A stretch of DNA of 62,833 nucleotides from Promethearchaeia archaeon. GTDB taxonomy: Archaea > Asgardarchaeota > Lokiarchaeia > Sigyniarchaeales > SOKP01. The stretch is from assembly GCA_029856105.1 (NCBI GenBank), contig JAHQWH010000009.1, positions 1-62,833 of the forward strand, read 5' to 3'. Position numbers and translations under genes: made by a program. Below are positions 10,753 through 19,902 of this stretch, piece after piece (position 1 is the first letter of the stretch; every line of letters starts with the position of its first letter). Under the pieces are notes generated by a model. It ran no database searches. It saw only the letters and a list, made by a program, of their open reading frames with translations, and had not been told where the DNA came from.

Positions 10753-11703
10753 CTACATTCCTATATAATGAGGTGTATCCTTAATCTTTCTCCTGCCACC
10801 GCAAACGTCACACTTTGTACCGTCTTCAAATTTTCCCTTACCGCCACATTTTGGACACTTAACCTTTCTATTGAATGCCATTATTCCCTCCTTAGAATCG
10901 GAGGCTCCACTGTTTACTCCGAAGCCCATTTGTTCCATTATTAAGCCTAATTGTTCGTATCTCGTTCCAAATTTGACGCATTTCTTTATTATAAACAAAG
11001 CGGTTGTTGCGGCTTCACCAAACCATTTAGCTTTCTCGTGGACAAGTTTTTCGAATTCCTCTCCTGCAGGTGCAACCCAAGAAGCTAAACCCCAGTCTAC
11101 TGCCGTCTGACCATCAATGGGTTCGCCAAACATTGCCATTCGCAACGCTCTATTAACCCCTATTCTTGCAGCCATTCGAGTAATACCACCATTAGCAGGG
11201 AATATTCCTCTGTTGACTTCTGGTAAACCAATTTTTGATCTATCAGAAACTATAACAATATCACAACATAATACTAATTCGCAGCCTCCACCGAGCGCAA
11301 ATCCATCAACCGCAGCAATTAAAGGTTTTGAGAATTGTTCAATTTCGTCGTAATCACGATGTCGAATTCTCATTGCTAAAGACATGTGCCAGGTGACGTT
11401 TGGTTTTAGACCAGGGCTAAAAGCTGCTGCTAAGTCCGCTCCAGCAGAAAACGCGGGTTTCTTAGTAAAATCTTTCGTACCTCTTAAAACAACAGCTCGA
11501 ACGCTCCCGTCTGTTTCCATAATCCGTAAAGCTCTAGATATTTCTGAAACAGTTTGCTCCGTTAATGCGTTCAATCTATCGGGTCTATTCATCGAAATAA
11601 CGGCGTAATTTCCATCAATTGTCCCTTCTCGAATAACATTACCTTGTTCGTCTGTTTTTGTGGGCCATTCAATTTTAATATGTTCAAATACATTTTCCGA
11701 CAT
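10753..11703 (-). CDS. Enoyl-CoA hydratase/isomerase with C-terminal CxxCxGxG zinc-finger insert
   Basis: NRPDRLNAL, AFSAGADL, KPLIAAVDGFALGGGCEL, GLPEV; tail CPKCGGKG...CDVCGGRR. Confidence 0.9.
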   Translation of the reverse strand: MSENVFEHIKIEWPTKTDEQGNVIREGTIDGNYAVISMNRPDRLNALTEQTVSEISRALRIMETDGSVRAVVLRGTKDFTKKPAFSAGADLAAAFSPGLKPNVTWHMSLAMRIRHRDYDEIEQFSKPLIAAVDGFALGGGCELVLCCDIVIVSDRSKIGLPEVNRGIFPANGGITRMAARIGVNRALRMAMFGEPIDGQTAVDWGLASWVAPAGEEFEKLVHEKAKWFGEAATTALFIIKKCVKFGTRYEQLGLIMEQMGFGVNSGASDSKEGIMAFNRKVKCPKCGGKGKFEDGTKCDVCGGRRKIKDTPHYIGM

Positions 11704-11921
11704 AATTAATAACCTCTTTTAATAACCTTTTTTCAATTAATTTAATTAATTTTAAAATTTGATTTATGAATATTTAGTAGTAATTTTTTAGTAATTAAAA
11801 ACTTTCAAATTTTTCATTTTCTAATTTTTAACGTAAATAAAAAGTAATTCAATCTATCAAACCAACAATACAATGGAAAAAAAAGAAAAAATAAATGATT
11901 ATTTTTAATTAAATATTAGAT

Positions 11922-13097
11922 TTATTTTCGCATGCTAACAAAGCCGCCAGTTTTCATCAATTCGCAAGGTTTAAGATATTCCATACCAGTCTTATCTGCT
12001 AACTCTTCTAAAATTTTAGCCCATTTCTCAAATTGTTTTTTACCAGCAGCAAATGGCCCAGGAGTGTTCATTCCCGCCATATTTGCTTCGTCAATTACCT
12101 TGAAGCCTGTTACAACTTTCTCTTCTAATAGGCGGCAACCTTCGTTTAACATAATTGCCATTGAAGTTTCGACTTTAAATAAGCCTGCTTTTTGAGATTT
12201 ATCGATTTTTGGTCTTCCTTTAGACCAATCGTAAAAACCTTGGGCTGTTTTACGCCCAAGTTTCTTGTCTTCAACCATCTTGGTAATAACTTTTCCAGGT
12301 TTAAAATTAGGAGATAATGTTTCTGTGTAATAATTACCCACATGGAACATTGTATCGAGTCCTACATAATCCGTTAACTCACACGGTCCCATTGGCATCA
12401 AAGACCCCGCATCACCGTCAATTTGCTCCCATGGAATTCCTTTCTCAGCTGCTTGATCGAATATCCAATTCATATAAATTTGGACTGGGGCATTCATTCT
12501 GTTAACTATAAATCCAGGTCTATCCTTCAATACTTTAGGAACAAACCTTTTTCCTCTTAAACAAGGTAAAGATTGACCTACTTGAACGCCTATATTCATT
12601 GCCTCATCAGAGCTTTTTTCACCTGCTATTATCTCAATTAATCTCATGAGTATCGGTGGATTAAAGAAATGCATACCAATTACTTTATCTGGTCTATTTG
12701 TTGCTGTAGCAATTTCAGTAATGCTCATCGTAGATGTATTTGTGGCTAAAATACAATGAGCTGGTGCGTTTTCGTCGCAAGTTTTAAAAACTTGTTTTTT
12801 GATATCCATTAATTCAACAACAGCTTCCAATACAAAATCAGCGTCTTTTACTGCACTTGCTGTATCTATAGATTTTTTTAATTTTCCCATAAGATCAGCG
12901 GAAGAAACACCCTCCCCTAACTTTCCTTTGGCTTCAAGTTTCTTTAACCCCTCATCTATTTTTGCAACTCCATTATCAACGAATTCGTCTTTAATATCGA
13001 CTAATGTTACGTTATAACCCGCCATTAGACAGATTTGAGCGGCATTGTGGCCCATTAGGCCGGCACCAATAATAACAACGTTTTTGACATCAACCAT
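11922..13097 (-). CDS. 3-hydroxyacyl-CoA dehydrogenase
   Basis: GAGLMG, EAVVE, ATNTST, GMHFFNP, PGFIVNR, MGPCELTDYVGLD. Confidence 0.95.
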   Translation of the reverse strand: MVDVKNVVIIGAGLMGHNAAQICLMAGYNVTLVDIKDEFVDNGVAKIDEGLKKLEAKGKLGEGVSSADLMGKLKKSIDTASAVKDADFVLEAVVELMDIKKQVFKTCDENAPAHCILATNTSTMSITEIATATNRPDKVIGMHFFNPPILMRLIEIIAGEKSSDEAMNIGVQVGQSLPCLRGKRFVPKVLKDRPGFIVNRMNAPVQIYMNWIFDQAAEKGIPWEQIDGDAGSLMPMGPCELTDYVGLDTMFHVGNYYTETLSPNFKPGKVITKMVEDKKLGRKTAQGFYDWSKGRPKIDKSQKAGLFKVETSMAIMLNEGCRLLEEKVVTGFKVIDEANMAGMNTPGPFAAGKKQFEKWAKILEELADKTGMEYLKPCELMKTGGFVSMRK

Positions 13098-13404
13098 TTT
13101 TATTTTTCAACCTTTTATTTTTAATTATATTCTTATTTTAATATTTTTCATAAACAGATTGTAATATGTAAACTAATTCGAATTTTTTTTTAACTTTTGA
13201 CATTTTATTTTTCAAAAAGTAAAAATAAATGATCAATTAGAATACAATTAATCTTTAATTTAAAAAAAATTATTGATCTTACGAAAGAGAAGGAAGAAAG
13301 AAGTGTGGATGAGATTGTAATTCAACGAGTAATTGATACCAAAACAAGTAGAGACATAGCCAGGAATTTGTCAATCAGAGGTTGAAAGAGAAATTGTATT
13401 CCCA

Positions 13405-13965
13405 TCATACTTTATCAGAGTTGTGAAAAAAAATTAATTCTTCTATGCACACATTTTTTTCAAGATCGTCTTGGAGAAAGTTAATCTCTATCTTTTTAAC
13501 TTTATTTCCCAATAATTTTCGAAAGGCCGTTTCAAAATAACCTTTATTGACTCGGCAAAACGCTTTCCCGGGTTGTAATTTTTCTCTGCGTTTACTTGAC
13601 TCTCTTAAAAAGCAGAAATTTTCTATTACTATTCTAGTTTGCTCTGAATTTAATTGAACTTCTCTAATTTGGATAGAATAAAATTCTTTCAATTCGGTCA
13701 TTAAGATTTCTAAAGCTTCAAAAATTCCAAATTCCTCCTTGTTATGCTTTTCTTTTATCCTTTTAACAATTATCTCTCCTGGTCCTGATCCTATCTGATA
13801 CAGCATTGAAAGCAAACTATTTTTACCGAAAATATCAAGGATTTTATAAACCATTGATTCACTGATTATTTCAAACCCTTTTAACGAATTAATGTTAGAA
13901 ATATCATTTTTAATATTTTTATTTATATCATTTAAAATATCTTCATTTATTTCATCTATTTCCAT
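13405..13965 (-). CDS. V4R/Bet3-like domain protein
   Basis: LYQIGSGPG, ENFCFL, FCRVNKGYF, terminal C: V4R cysteine pattern. Confidence 0.6.
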   Translation of the reverse strand: MEIDEINEDILNDINKNIKNDISNINSLKGFEIISESMVYKILDIFGKNSLLSMLYQIGSGPGEIIVKRIKEKHNKEEFGIFEALEILMTELKEFYSIQIREVQLNSEQTRIVIENFCFLRESSKRREKLQPGKAFCRVNKGYFETAFRKLLGNKVKKIEINFLQDDLEKNVCIEELIFFHNSDKV

Positions 13966-14127
13966 AAAGCAATCCCCTAAATCTACGATATTAATTTTAA
14001 TCGTTAATAATCTTAATTAATAATTTAAACTTGAAACTAAATAAATGTTTAATTTCAATTATAAGATTAAGTGTGATTTTATAAAGTTACATTTTTCGAA
14101 TAAATGTTTAATTGAAAGAACAAAATA

Positions 14128-14679
14128 CTATTGTGTCAAAATACTGGGAACTTCAGCTATATTATTTAATGCATTTTCAAAATCCTTATAGTCAGGTAAT
14201 GATTCAAGACAAACTGAGATGTTTCCCAAATTGTTGTTTCTTTCTACAACGAACTTCTTAATCGTTGGAATAATTATACCCGCACAAATCTTTGCGTTAA
14301 ATCCGATTACTTCTTTCGATATTGGAGGATAAGCGATTGAACGTATCCCTTCTTTATCGGCTAATTTCAGCGAATTCCAGATCGCTAACATCAATTTTTT
14401 TTGATCGTGACCTGCTCTTACATGGATAATAAATTTGGCATTTAAATTGCCGCCAGAGGTAATTACAGCATCCCCAATTGGAACATTTGATATCTTACTA
14501 ATAATACGATTACATTCAACTTGTACTTTATGACCTGCTCCTCTCAATACTCGACACCTTAAGGTACCACTAGGCAAAAGGCGACTATTTGTCGGAATGG
14601 CAATTGCATCGTAGTCAGCATTAATTAAATCGCCGACAAAAATTTCTAAAACCGTGTTATTGATCGTTAATTGATTCAT
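14128..14679 (-). CDS. Macro (Appr-1-p/ADP-ribose-binding) domain protein with degenerate catalytic motifs
   Basis: GDL, GDAVITSGGNLNAKFIIH, SIAYPPIS; NAAN and GGGV are replaced. Confidence 0.8.
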   Translation of the reverse strand: MNQLTINNTVLEIFVGDLINADYDAIAIPTNSRLLPSGTLRCRVLRGAGHKVQVECNRIISKISNVPIGDAVITSGGNLNAKFIIHVRAGHDQKKLMLAIWNSLKLADKEGIRSIAYPPISKEVIGFNAKICAGIIIPTIKKFVVERNNNLGNISVCLESLPDYKDFENALNNIAEVPSILTQ

Positions 14680-14817
14680 TAAAAGCTTTCTTAATATTCT
14701 TATATAATTTTTCTAATAGTATCAGTTATTTTTAATACTATCTATACTTTATATAGGCTGATTAAGAGAGCCTTTACAAAAATGTAAGTATTTAAAAGCA
14801 GTCTAAACAAGTTTAGC

Positions 14818-15303
14818 TTATTGATTTATGCGCTTAACTTTTCTAACGAGCGCCTCTACATTTTTTTCGACGATTTCTAATATTTCGTCGTATCGTTTTT
14901 TCCCGGTTTTATAAGGATCTGGAATGTTTATATCCTTTTTATCTGCCCCATTAAATTCTTTCAAAGTATAAAGTTTCTGTTTTAATTGTTCTTGTAAATC
15001 TCTAAATCGTTTTTTAATTTTTGTTAAATGATATCGTTCCATACCTATTATAAGATCTTGTTTTTCTATCAATTCTCTTGTTATGACTTTAGGTTGAAAA
15101 TCACTTATTTCGATACCTTTTGATTGTATATAATCTATTGTCTCTGGTTGAGCGTAATCAAAAGCATCGTGCCACCCTGCGGAATCGAAGACAACTCCTT
15201 TTAACTCATATTTTTTAGCGTAAAAAGCCCCCAGATGTTGTGCTGCTGGCGAACGACATGTGTTTGCGTAACATATGAACAGAATTCGTTTTATTTTCGT
15301 CAT
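14818..15303 (-). CDS. Low-molecular-weight protein phosphatase (LMW-PTP/YwlE family)
   Basis: CYANTCRSP P-loop, DSAG, DLIIGME, IPDPY. Confidence 0.92.
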   Translation of the reverse strand: MTKIKRILFICYANTCRSPAAQHLGAFYAKKYELKGVVFDSAGWHDAFDYAQPETIDYIQSKGIEISDFQPKVITRELIEKQDLIIGMERYHLTKIKKRFRDLQEQLKQKLYTLKEFNGADKKDINIPDPYKTGKKRYDEILEIVEKNVEALVRKVKRINQ

Positions 15304-15322
15304 TTTTATTCTTACTAAGTAG

Positions 15323-15828
15323 TTATGATTCGGTTTGATTTATCCGTATTATTTTTTTAATCATTTTTTCGATATTTTTATCAATTATTTTAAGAACTTT
15401 CTGATAAGTCTTAGTACTGGCGTAATATGGATCTATTATATCTAAATCATCAGTTTCTCCGTTAAATTCTTTTAAAGTAAACAATTTTTTGCTGAAGTCG
15501 TTAACCCCTTGATAATTTTCTCTAATATCATTAACATGTGACTTTTCCATCGTTATGATTAAGTCTTGTTTTTCTAACAATTTTCGATTGATTATTTGCG
15601 GTTGAAAATCAGAGTGTTTAATGCCTTTAGAATTTAAATATTCTTGAGATTCGGGTTGCATGTAAGAAAATGCATTTATAAAACCAGCGCTCTCAAAAGT
15701 TAAATTAACATCATATTTCTTGGCGTAATCTCGTGCTAAGTATTCAGCGGGGGGGCTCCTTGCTGTATATCTGTTGTTTTTTAAACAATTCCAGTACAAA
15801 CAAAGAGAACAAATTTGATTCTTTGCAT
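15323..15828 (-). CDS. LMW protein phosphatase interrupted by a 20-nt BHB intron; join(15789..15828, 15323..15768), 161 aa, MQRIKFVLFVCTGNTARSPPAEY...
   Basis: True ATG at 15828 gives FVLFVCTG then a stop; removing 15769-15788 restores CTGNTAR (CX5R) and a length equal to the neighbouring paralog. Confidence 0.85.
15769..15788 (-). other. Putative mRNA intron, 20 nt (UUGUUUAAAAAACAACAGAU), relaxed bulge-helix-bulge
   Basis: Outer helix UUGUA/UACAG, bulge AU^A, central CUGG/ACAG (one G.A), bulge AA^U, inner stem UGUUU/AAACA. Confidence 0.75.
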
Positions 15829-15921
15829 AATTCTTTTAGTATAATTAGCAAAATATCTTAAATTTTTCTATAATTAGATTGATCAGCTAGTCGAATTTCA
15901 CGAGTAAAACAAAATTCTTGT

Positions 15922-16152
15922 TTATTTTTTTAGTGTTTTCTTTAGCTCATCTATTTGTAGTTCTAATTTAGATTTTTCTATTTGACAAGCATTTAGTTGA
16001 TTCTGGAGCTTTTGTATTTCTCCTACAACTTTATTTGAGTTCAAAAGAGTATCATATAACTGAGTCTTTAATTTTTTCACATCTAGTTCAAGATTTTTTA
16101 TATATTGCTCATCATTTGGTTCATATGGCCATTCTTCTGACATGCTTTTCAC
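15922..16152 (-). CDS. Small coiled-coil hypothetical protein
   Basis: Heptad-rich 76 aa ORF co-oriented with neighbours. Confidence 0.6.
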   Translation of the reverse strand: MKSMSEEWPYEPNDEQYIKNLELDVKKLKTQLYDTLLNSNKVVGEIQKLQNQLNACQIEKSKLELQIDELKKTLKK

Positions 16153-16202
16153 ATAGTTTTATTTTTAATTTTATTATTAGAACTATTCATATTAGAGAAT
16201 TT

Positions 16203-16889
16203 TTATTTGAGAGAGACCTTTTGCGTTTCTGGGTTTCGCACAAAATACCCGGTTGTGCCACATTCTTGACATACTTGGGTATTATCATCAAGAAATACCA
16301 TAGATTTCTTAAAACACATGGGACAGATGAAATGAATAAGCTCTTGTTCATTCTTAGAGAATTCTTTTATCATTTCAATCTTGGGCGTTATTGGAGTCTG
16401 AATACAAAACATACAAAAACAGCGTCTTTTCGTATCTTCAAGGATATCATTCAATTCGTTTAGATTTGCATCGCATTCCACCGTTAATTCCAATTTAAAG
16501 TTTTCCACCGCATCAATCCCATCCTCAATCCCAAAACCAGTTGTTAGGTCAATGTCCGCAATAATTCTTATATCAAGTCGTTTTAATTCTATTTTACGCA
16601 TTGCTGCCCATTTGGCAAAAGCAGCAGAGAAGCAACCAGCAAAACCAGCCAAACAATAGTGCACTGGATGAACAGCAGTACCTCCGCCCCCAAGAATAAT
16701 AGTTTCGTCTGTTTGCACTGTTATTTCACCCGCTCTTTCTGTTTTTAATTTTACTTCGAATTGTGGTCCATAATCTACTTCTAATCTCCATTTACCATTT
16801 ATTTCTAAAGCCTTTTTACATTTTGATCGATCTTTGCGGTATGTATCTTGTACTTTCTTGAATCCCTCTACATCAATTCTGTTTAACAT
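16203..16889 (-). CDS. OsmC/Ohr family protein with C-terminal zinc ribbon
   Basis: DETIILGGGGTAVHPVHYCLAGFAGC, RRC; tail CPMC...CQECG. Confidence 0.85.
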   Translation of the reverse strand: MLNRIDVEGFKKVQDTYRKDRSKCKKALEINGKWRLEVDYGPQFEVKLKTERAGEITVQTDETIILGGGGTAVHPVHYCLAGFAGCFSAAFAKWAAMRKIELKRLDIRIIADIDLTTGFGIEDGIDAVENFKLELTVECDANLNELNDILEDTKRRCFCMFCIQTPITPKIEMIKEFSKNEQELIHFICPMCFKKSMVFLDDNTQVCQECGTTGYFVRNPETQKVSLK

Positions 16890-16901
16890 AGATTTCCCTC
16901 A

Positions 16902-17435
16902 TTATAAGACTTCTTTATACATAGAATATAATTTTTCTATTATCGCCTTAAATGCATTGCCTACTCCATTTCCTGTTTTTGCAGATGTTCTGTATACTCC
17001 TAAATAATCTTCTTTCGCACTTAATTCCTCAAAACTACTTTCATCTATTTCAGTATCTCCAACTAAATCTGTTTTATTTGCGAATATTATAATTGGGATA
17101 TCTTCGCAATACTGATTGATTTCATTATACCATTTCATAACATTCTTTAAGCTTTCATTTCCCTTATTATTTCGTTCTAATGAATAAACTATTATTACTG
17201 CTTTACTATCCTCATAGAACGAGGAACGAATGATTTGGAAATCATCTTGACCAGCTAGATCCCAGAAGAAAAGCTTAATATCATCTCCATTTATCTTTTG
17301 TTCATAAATAGAAAATTGAGCTCCGATTGTAGAGATATAATCTTCTTGAAATTCTCCTTGAGTATACTTTTTAATAAGGGAGGTTTTTCCTACTCCACCA
17401 TCCCCAATTATCGTTATTTTAAAAACAAATCTCAT
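16902..17435 (-). CDS. Rab-like small GTPase
   Basis: GDGGVGKT, TIG, WDLAGQ, NKTD, SAKTG. Confidence 0.93.
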   Translation of the reverse strand: MRFVFKITIIGDGGVGKTSLIKKYTQGEFQEDYISTIGAQFSIYEQKINGDDIKLFFWDLAGQDDFQIIRSSFYEDSKAVIIVYSLERNNKGNESLKNVMKWYNEINQYCEDIPIIIFANKTDLVGDTEIDESSFEELSAKEDYLGVYRTSAKTGNGVGNAFKAIIEKLYSMYKEVL

Positions 17436-17607
17436 AAAATTCTCTCAATAAATATGATTTAAATGTTAATTTAACTTTGTTCATAAATTCTATATAAAAT
17501 TATCTGCATACAAGTCAAATTTAATAAAACTTATTTACAGAAGTGTAAATTATTAAACCATACAATTAAATTTTCATAAAAATAAGTAATCCTAATGCTG
17601 ATATATT

Positions 17608-19254
17608 ATGAAAAAGAAATCAATTAAAGCGAGATTTATTAATACATTCATTAGAGATGTTAATATCTCTAAAGAATCATTTTTTTATTTGTTTTTAACG
17701 CTATTTGCATTAATCTTAATGGTGGAGGTAACTGTACTCAGATATGTCTTATTAAATGAAATAAGTCCTATGCTAGAATTTGAAATAATCTTAGCCCTCT
17801 TTATAATAGCATTTGGTTTTATTATATCAGGATATTTAGTCGACCGAATAAAGAATAAAACTAAGAATTTTAACATTATATTTATTGTATGTATAGCTGG
17901 TCTATTTTTAAGTACATTTAAAAACACTTTCTTTGATCATTTTGGAATATTGATTGGTCTACTTGGATTAATTCAATTAACTTCTCTGTGGTTTTCTACA
18001 TTGATTCATAACACAACAATATTAAATAGAGGACGGATAACAGCATACTTATTAATACTTTGTATCGGATCAAGCGTAATTAGCATATTTTTCACTTATT
18101 TTGATCTTTTATATAATACTTTTTCCGTATTTATGGCTATTATTTTATTTTTTATTTATAAAAGTTCAAAAAAAAATCAATATTTAGAAAACGAAAAACA
18201 TTTAGAATCAACAACCAAATTTAAGAAAATAATATTTGAAAAACATTTTTTTAGGTATTCTTCTAGTTTCTTCGTTTTAAGTTTTATTTTGGGTGATTTA
18301 GTAGCAAGATTTACGCTTCACATAAATTTATTTATTTTTTCAATAGCAACTATATTATACCTTGTAGCTGCTGGTTACTTTTTAGATAATATCGGGAGAA
18401 AAGTATCACTTGTCCTAGGTATACTTCTTCTTTCATTTTTTCTTATTACTTATGGTTCATATATAGAATCGCCAACTATTTTTGGATTACCTCGGGAAAT
18501 TTTCCTTTCAATACATTATGCCTTTTCGTTAGCACCACTATTATTAGCTATCTTCACGATTTCCGGAGATTTTTCAACTGAAAGAGAGAATATAAGATAC
18601 AGAGGCCGCATTAATGGACTTTTCATTTCTTTAGTATTTTTTGGTGTCATTTTTGGATTTTTCTTCAGTCGCACGTTAAACCTTTTATATTTATTATATC
18701 CTGAATTAAATATTATTATTCCAGATTTTCCAAATAGGTTGAACTCCTTTTTACTGGTAATTTTACTTGTATGGATGATGGCAATGAAAGAAATTTTAAT
18801 TTCTAAAGAAAAAAATTGGTCATCAGCAATAATAAATCTTTATGTTTTTAGCGTTAGTGGGGTTGGGCTTTACTACCATAATTTCAAGAAAAGTGCCCAA
18901 GGGGAAGAAAAAGAGAAGAAGAGAGAGATGGATGAAGATATTATTTCTGGTGCTTTGACAGGTGTTGTAGGAATCATTTCTGAAATTACTCAAAGCAAAA
19001 AACAGTTAAGGAAAATTGACAAGGAGGGTTATGATCTTCTATTCTCTTTTGGAAAATACCATATTGCCTGCTTAATAACAAAAATAGATTTACCAGTGTT
19101 ATTAAAGAAACTTGATGAGTTTTCAAAAGATTTTGAAGTAAAATTCGGGAAGTATCTTAAAAAGTTTGCTGGAAATGTATCCCCCTTTGAAGATACTAAG
19201 TATTTAGTTGAAAAATACTTCAATCAGAAATATTCTGATTTATTTGGGGCATAA
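17608..19254 (+). CDS. Multi-pass (MFS-like) membrane protein fused to a C-terminal longin-like domain
   Basis: About 12 TM segments with GYLVDRI/GYFLDNIGRK loops; C-terminal LYVFSVSGVGLYYHNF...IISGALTGV...FAGNVSPF. Confidence 0.65.
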   Translation: MKKKSIKARFINTFIRDVNISKESFFYLFLTLFALILMVEVTVLRYVLLNEISPMLEFEIILALFIIAFGFIISGYLVDRIKNKTKNFNIIFIVCIAGLFLSTFKNTFFDHFGILIGLLGLIQLTSLWFSTLIHNTTILNRGRITAYLLILCIGSSVISIFFTYFDLLYNTFSVFMAIILFFIYKSSKKNQYLENEKHLESTTKFKKIIFEKHFFRYSSSFFVLSFILGDLVARFTLHINLFIFSIATILYLVAAGYFLDNIGRKVSLVLGILLLSFFLITYGSYIESPTIFGLPREIFLSIHYAFSLAPLLLAIFTISGDFSTERENIRYRGRINGLFISLVFFGVIFGFFFSRTLNLLYLLYPELNIIIPDFPNRLNSFLLVILLVWMMAMKEILISKEKNWSSAIINLYVFSVSGVGLYYHNFKKSAQGEEKEKKREMDEDIISGALTGVVGIISEITQSKKQLRKIDKEGYDLLFSFGKYHIACLITKIDLPVLLKKLDEFSKDFEVKFGKYLKKFAGNVSPFEDTKYLVEKYFNQKYSDLFGA

Positions 19255-19257
19255 ATG

Positions 19258-19752
19258 TCATTTTTTATTTAGTTCGATAATTTTATCAATGGATTTAATA
19301 ATTCCATCTTCGATTCTTTTAAGAACTTTATTATATTCATTTTCCTCTAAATAGAAAGGATCTTTTATTTCTAGATTGTAAGTTTCTCCAGCAAATTCTA
19401 AGAGTAAAAAAGTCTTTTCATCCAGATCTTTTAACTGCTTGAATCTTCTCTTCAATTTTCTAACGTGGTATTTCTCTTCGAAACATAGAATAAGGTCTTG
19501 TTTAATTATCAGTTCTTCATCGGCATCCTTGGCTTGAAAATCGTCCATTTCGACGCCTTTAGATTTAAGATATTTTAACGTGCCTTCTTGAGGTTGCTCA
19601 TAATAGTGGTAAAGTCCTGCCGAATCAAAAGCTATATCTTTTAATTCATCTTTATATATTGTCTGCTGTAACCGCTTAGCAAAATATTCCGCAAATGGTG
19701 ATCTGCAGGTATTACCACTACATAAAAAAAGTATGTTTTTAATTTTAGGCAT
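19258..19752 (-). CDS. LMW protein phosphatase (LMW-PTP/YwlE family)
   Basis: CSGNTCRSP, DSAG, IKDPF. Confidence 0.92.
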   Translation of the reverse strand: MPKIKNILFLCSGNTCRSPFAEYFAKRLQQTIYKDELKDIAFDSAGLYHYYEQPQEGTLKYLKSKGVEMDDFQAKDADEELIIKQDLILCFEEKYHVRKLKRRFKQLKDLDEKTFLLLEFAGETYNLEIKDPFYLEENEYNKVLKRIEDGIIKSIDKIIELNKK

Positions 19753-19902
19753 AATCTAAACCATAAAATGTAGACAACCAAAAAAAAATTATTATTCTGT
19801 TCAAAAAGATATATAAAAATAATTTCATTTTGCTATTTTAAGATATTTTGGTAAAAACATGGGGTTTGAAAAAATATTTCGCTAAAACTTAAGACGGGGT
19901 TC

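Noticed and set aside
11605-11675. In-frame extra segment near the enoyl-CoA hydratase N-terminus flanked by AATTG/CAATT
   Set aside because: No 3-nt bulge / 4-bp helix arrangement and no stop or frameshift; treated as a coding loop.
13322-13405. 27-codon minus-strand ORF overlapping the V4R stop (TGATG)
   Set aside because: Too short and featureless to support; no Sec/SECIS evidence for the TGA either.
15323-15799. ORF-track start MYWNCLKNNRY for the phosphatase
   Set aside because: It lacks the catalytic CX5R; it is out-of-frame exon 1 plus intron sequence.
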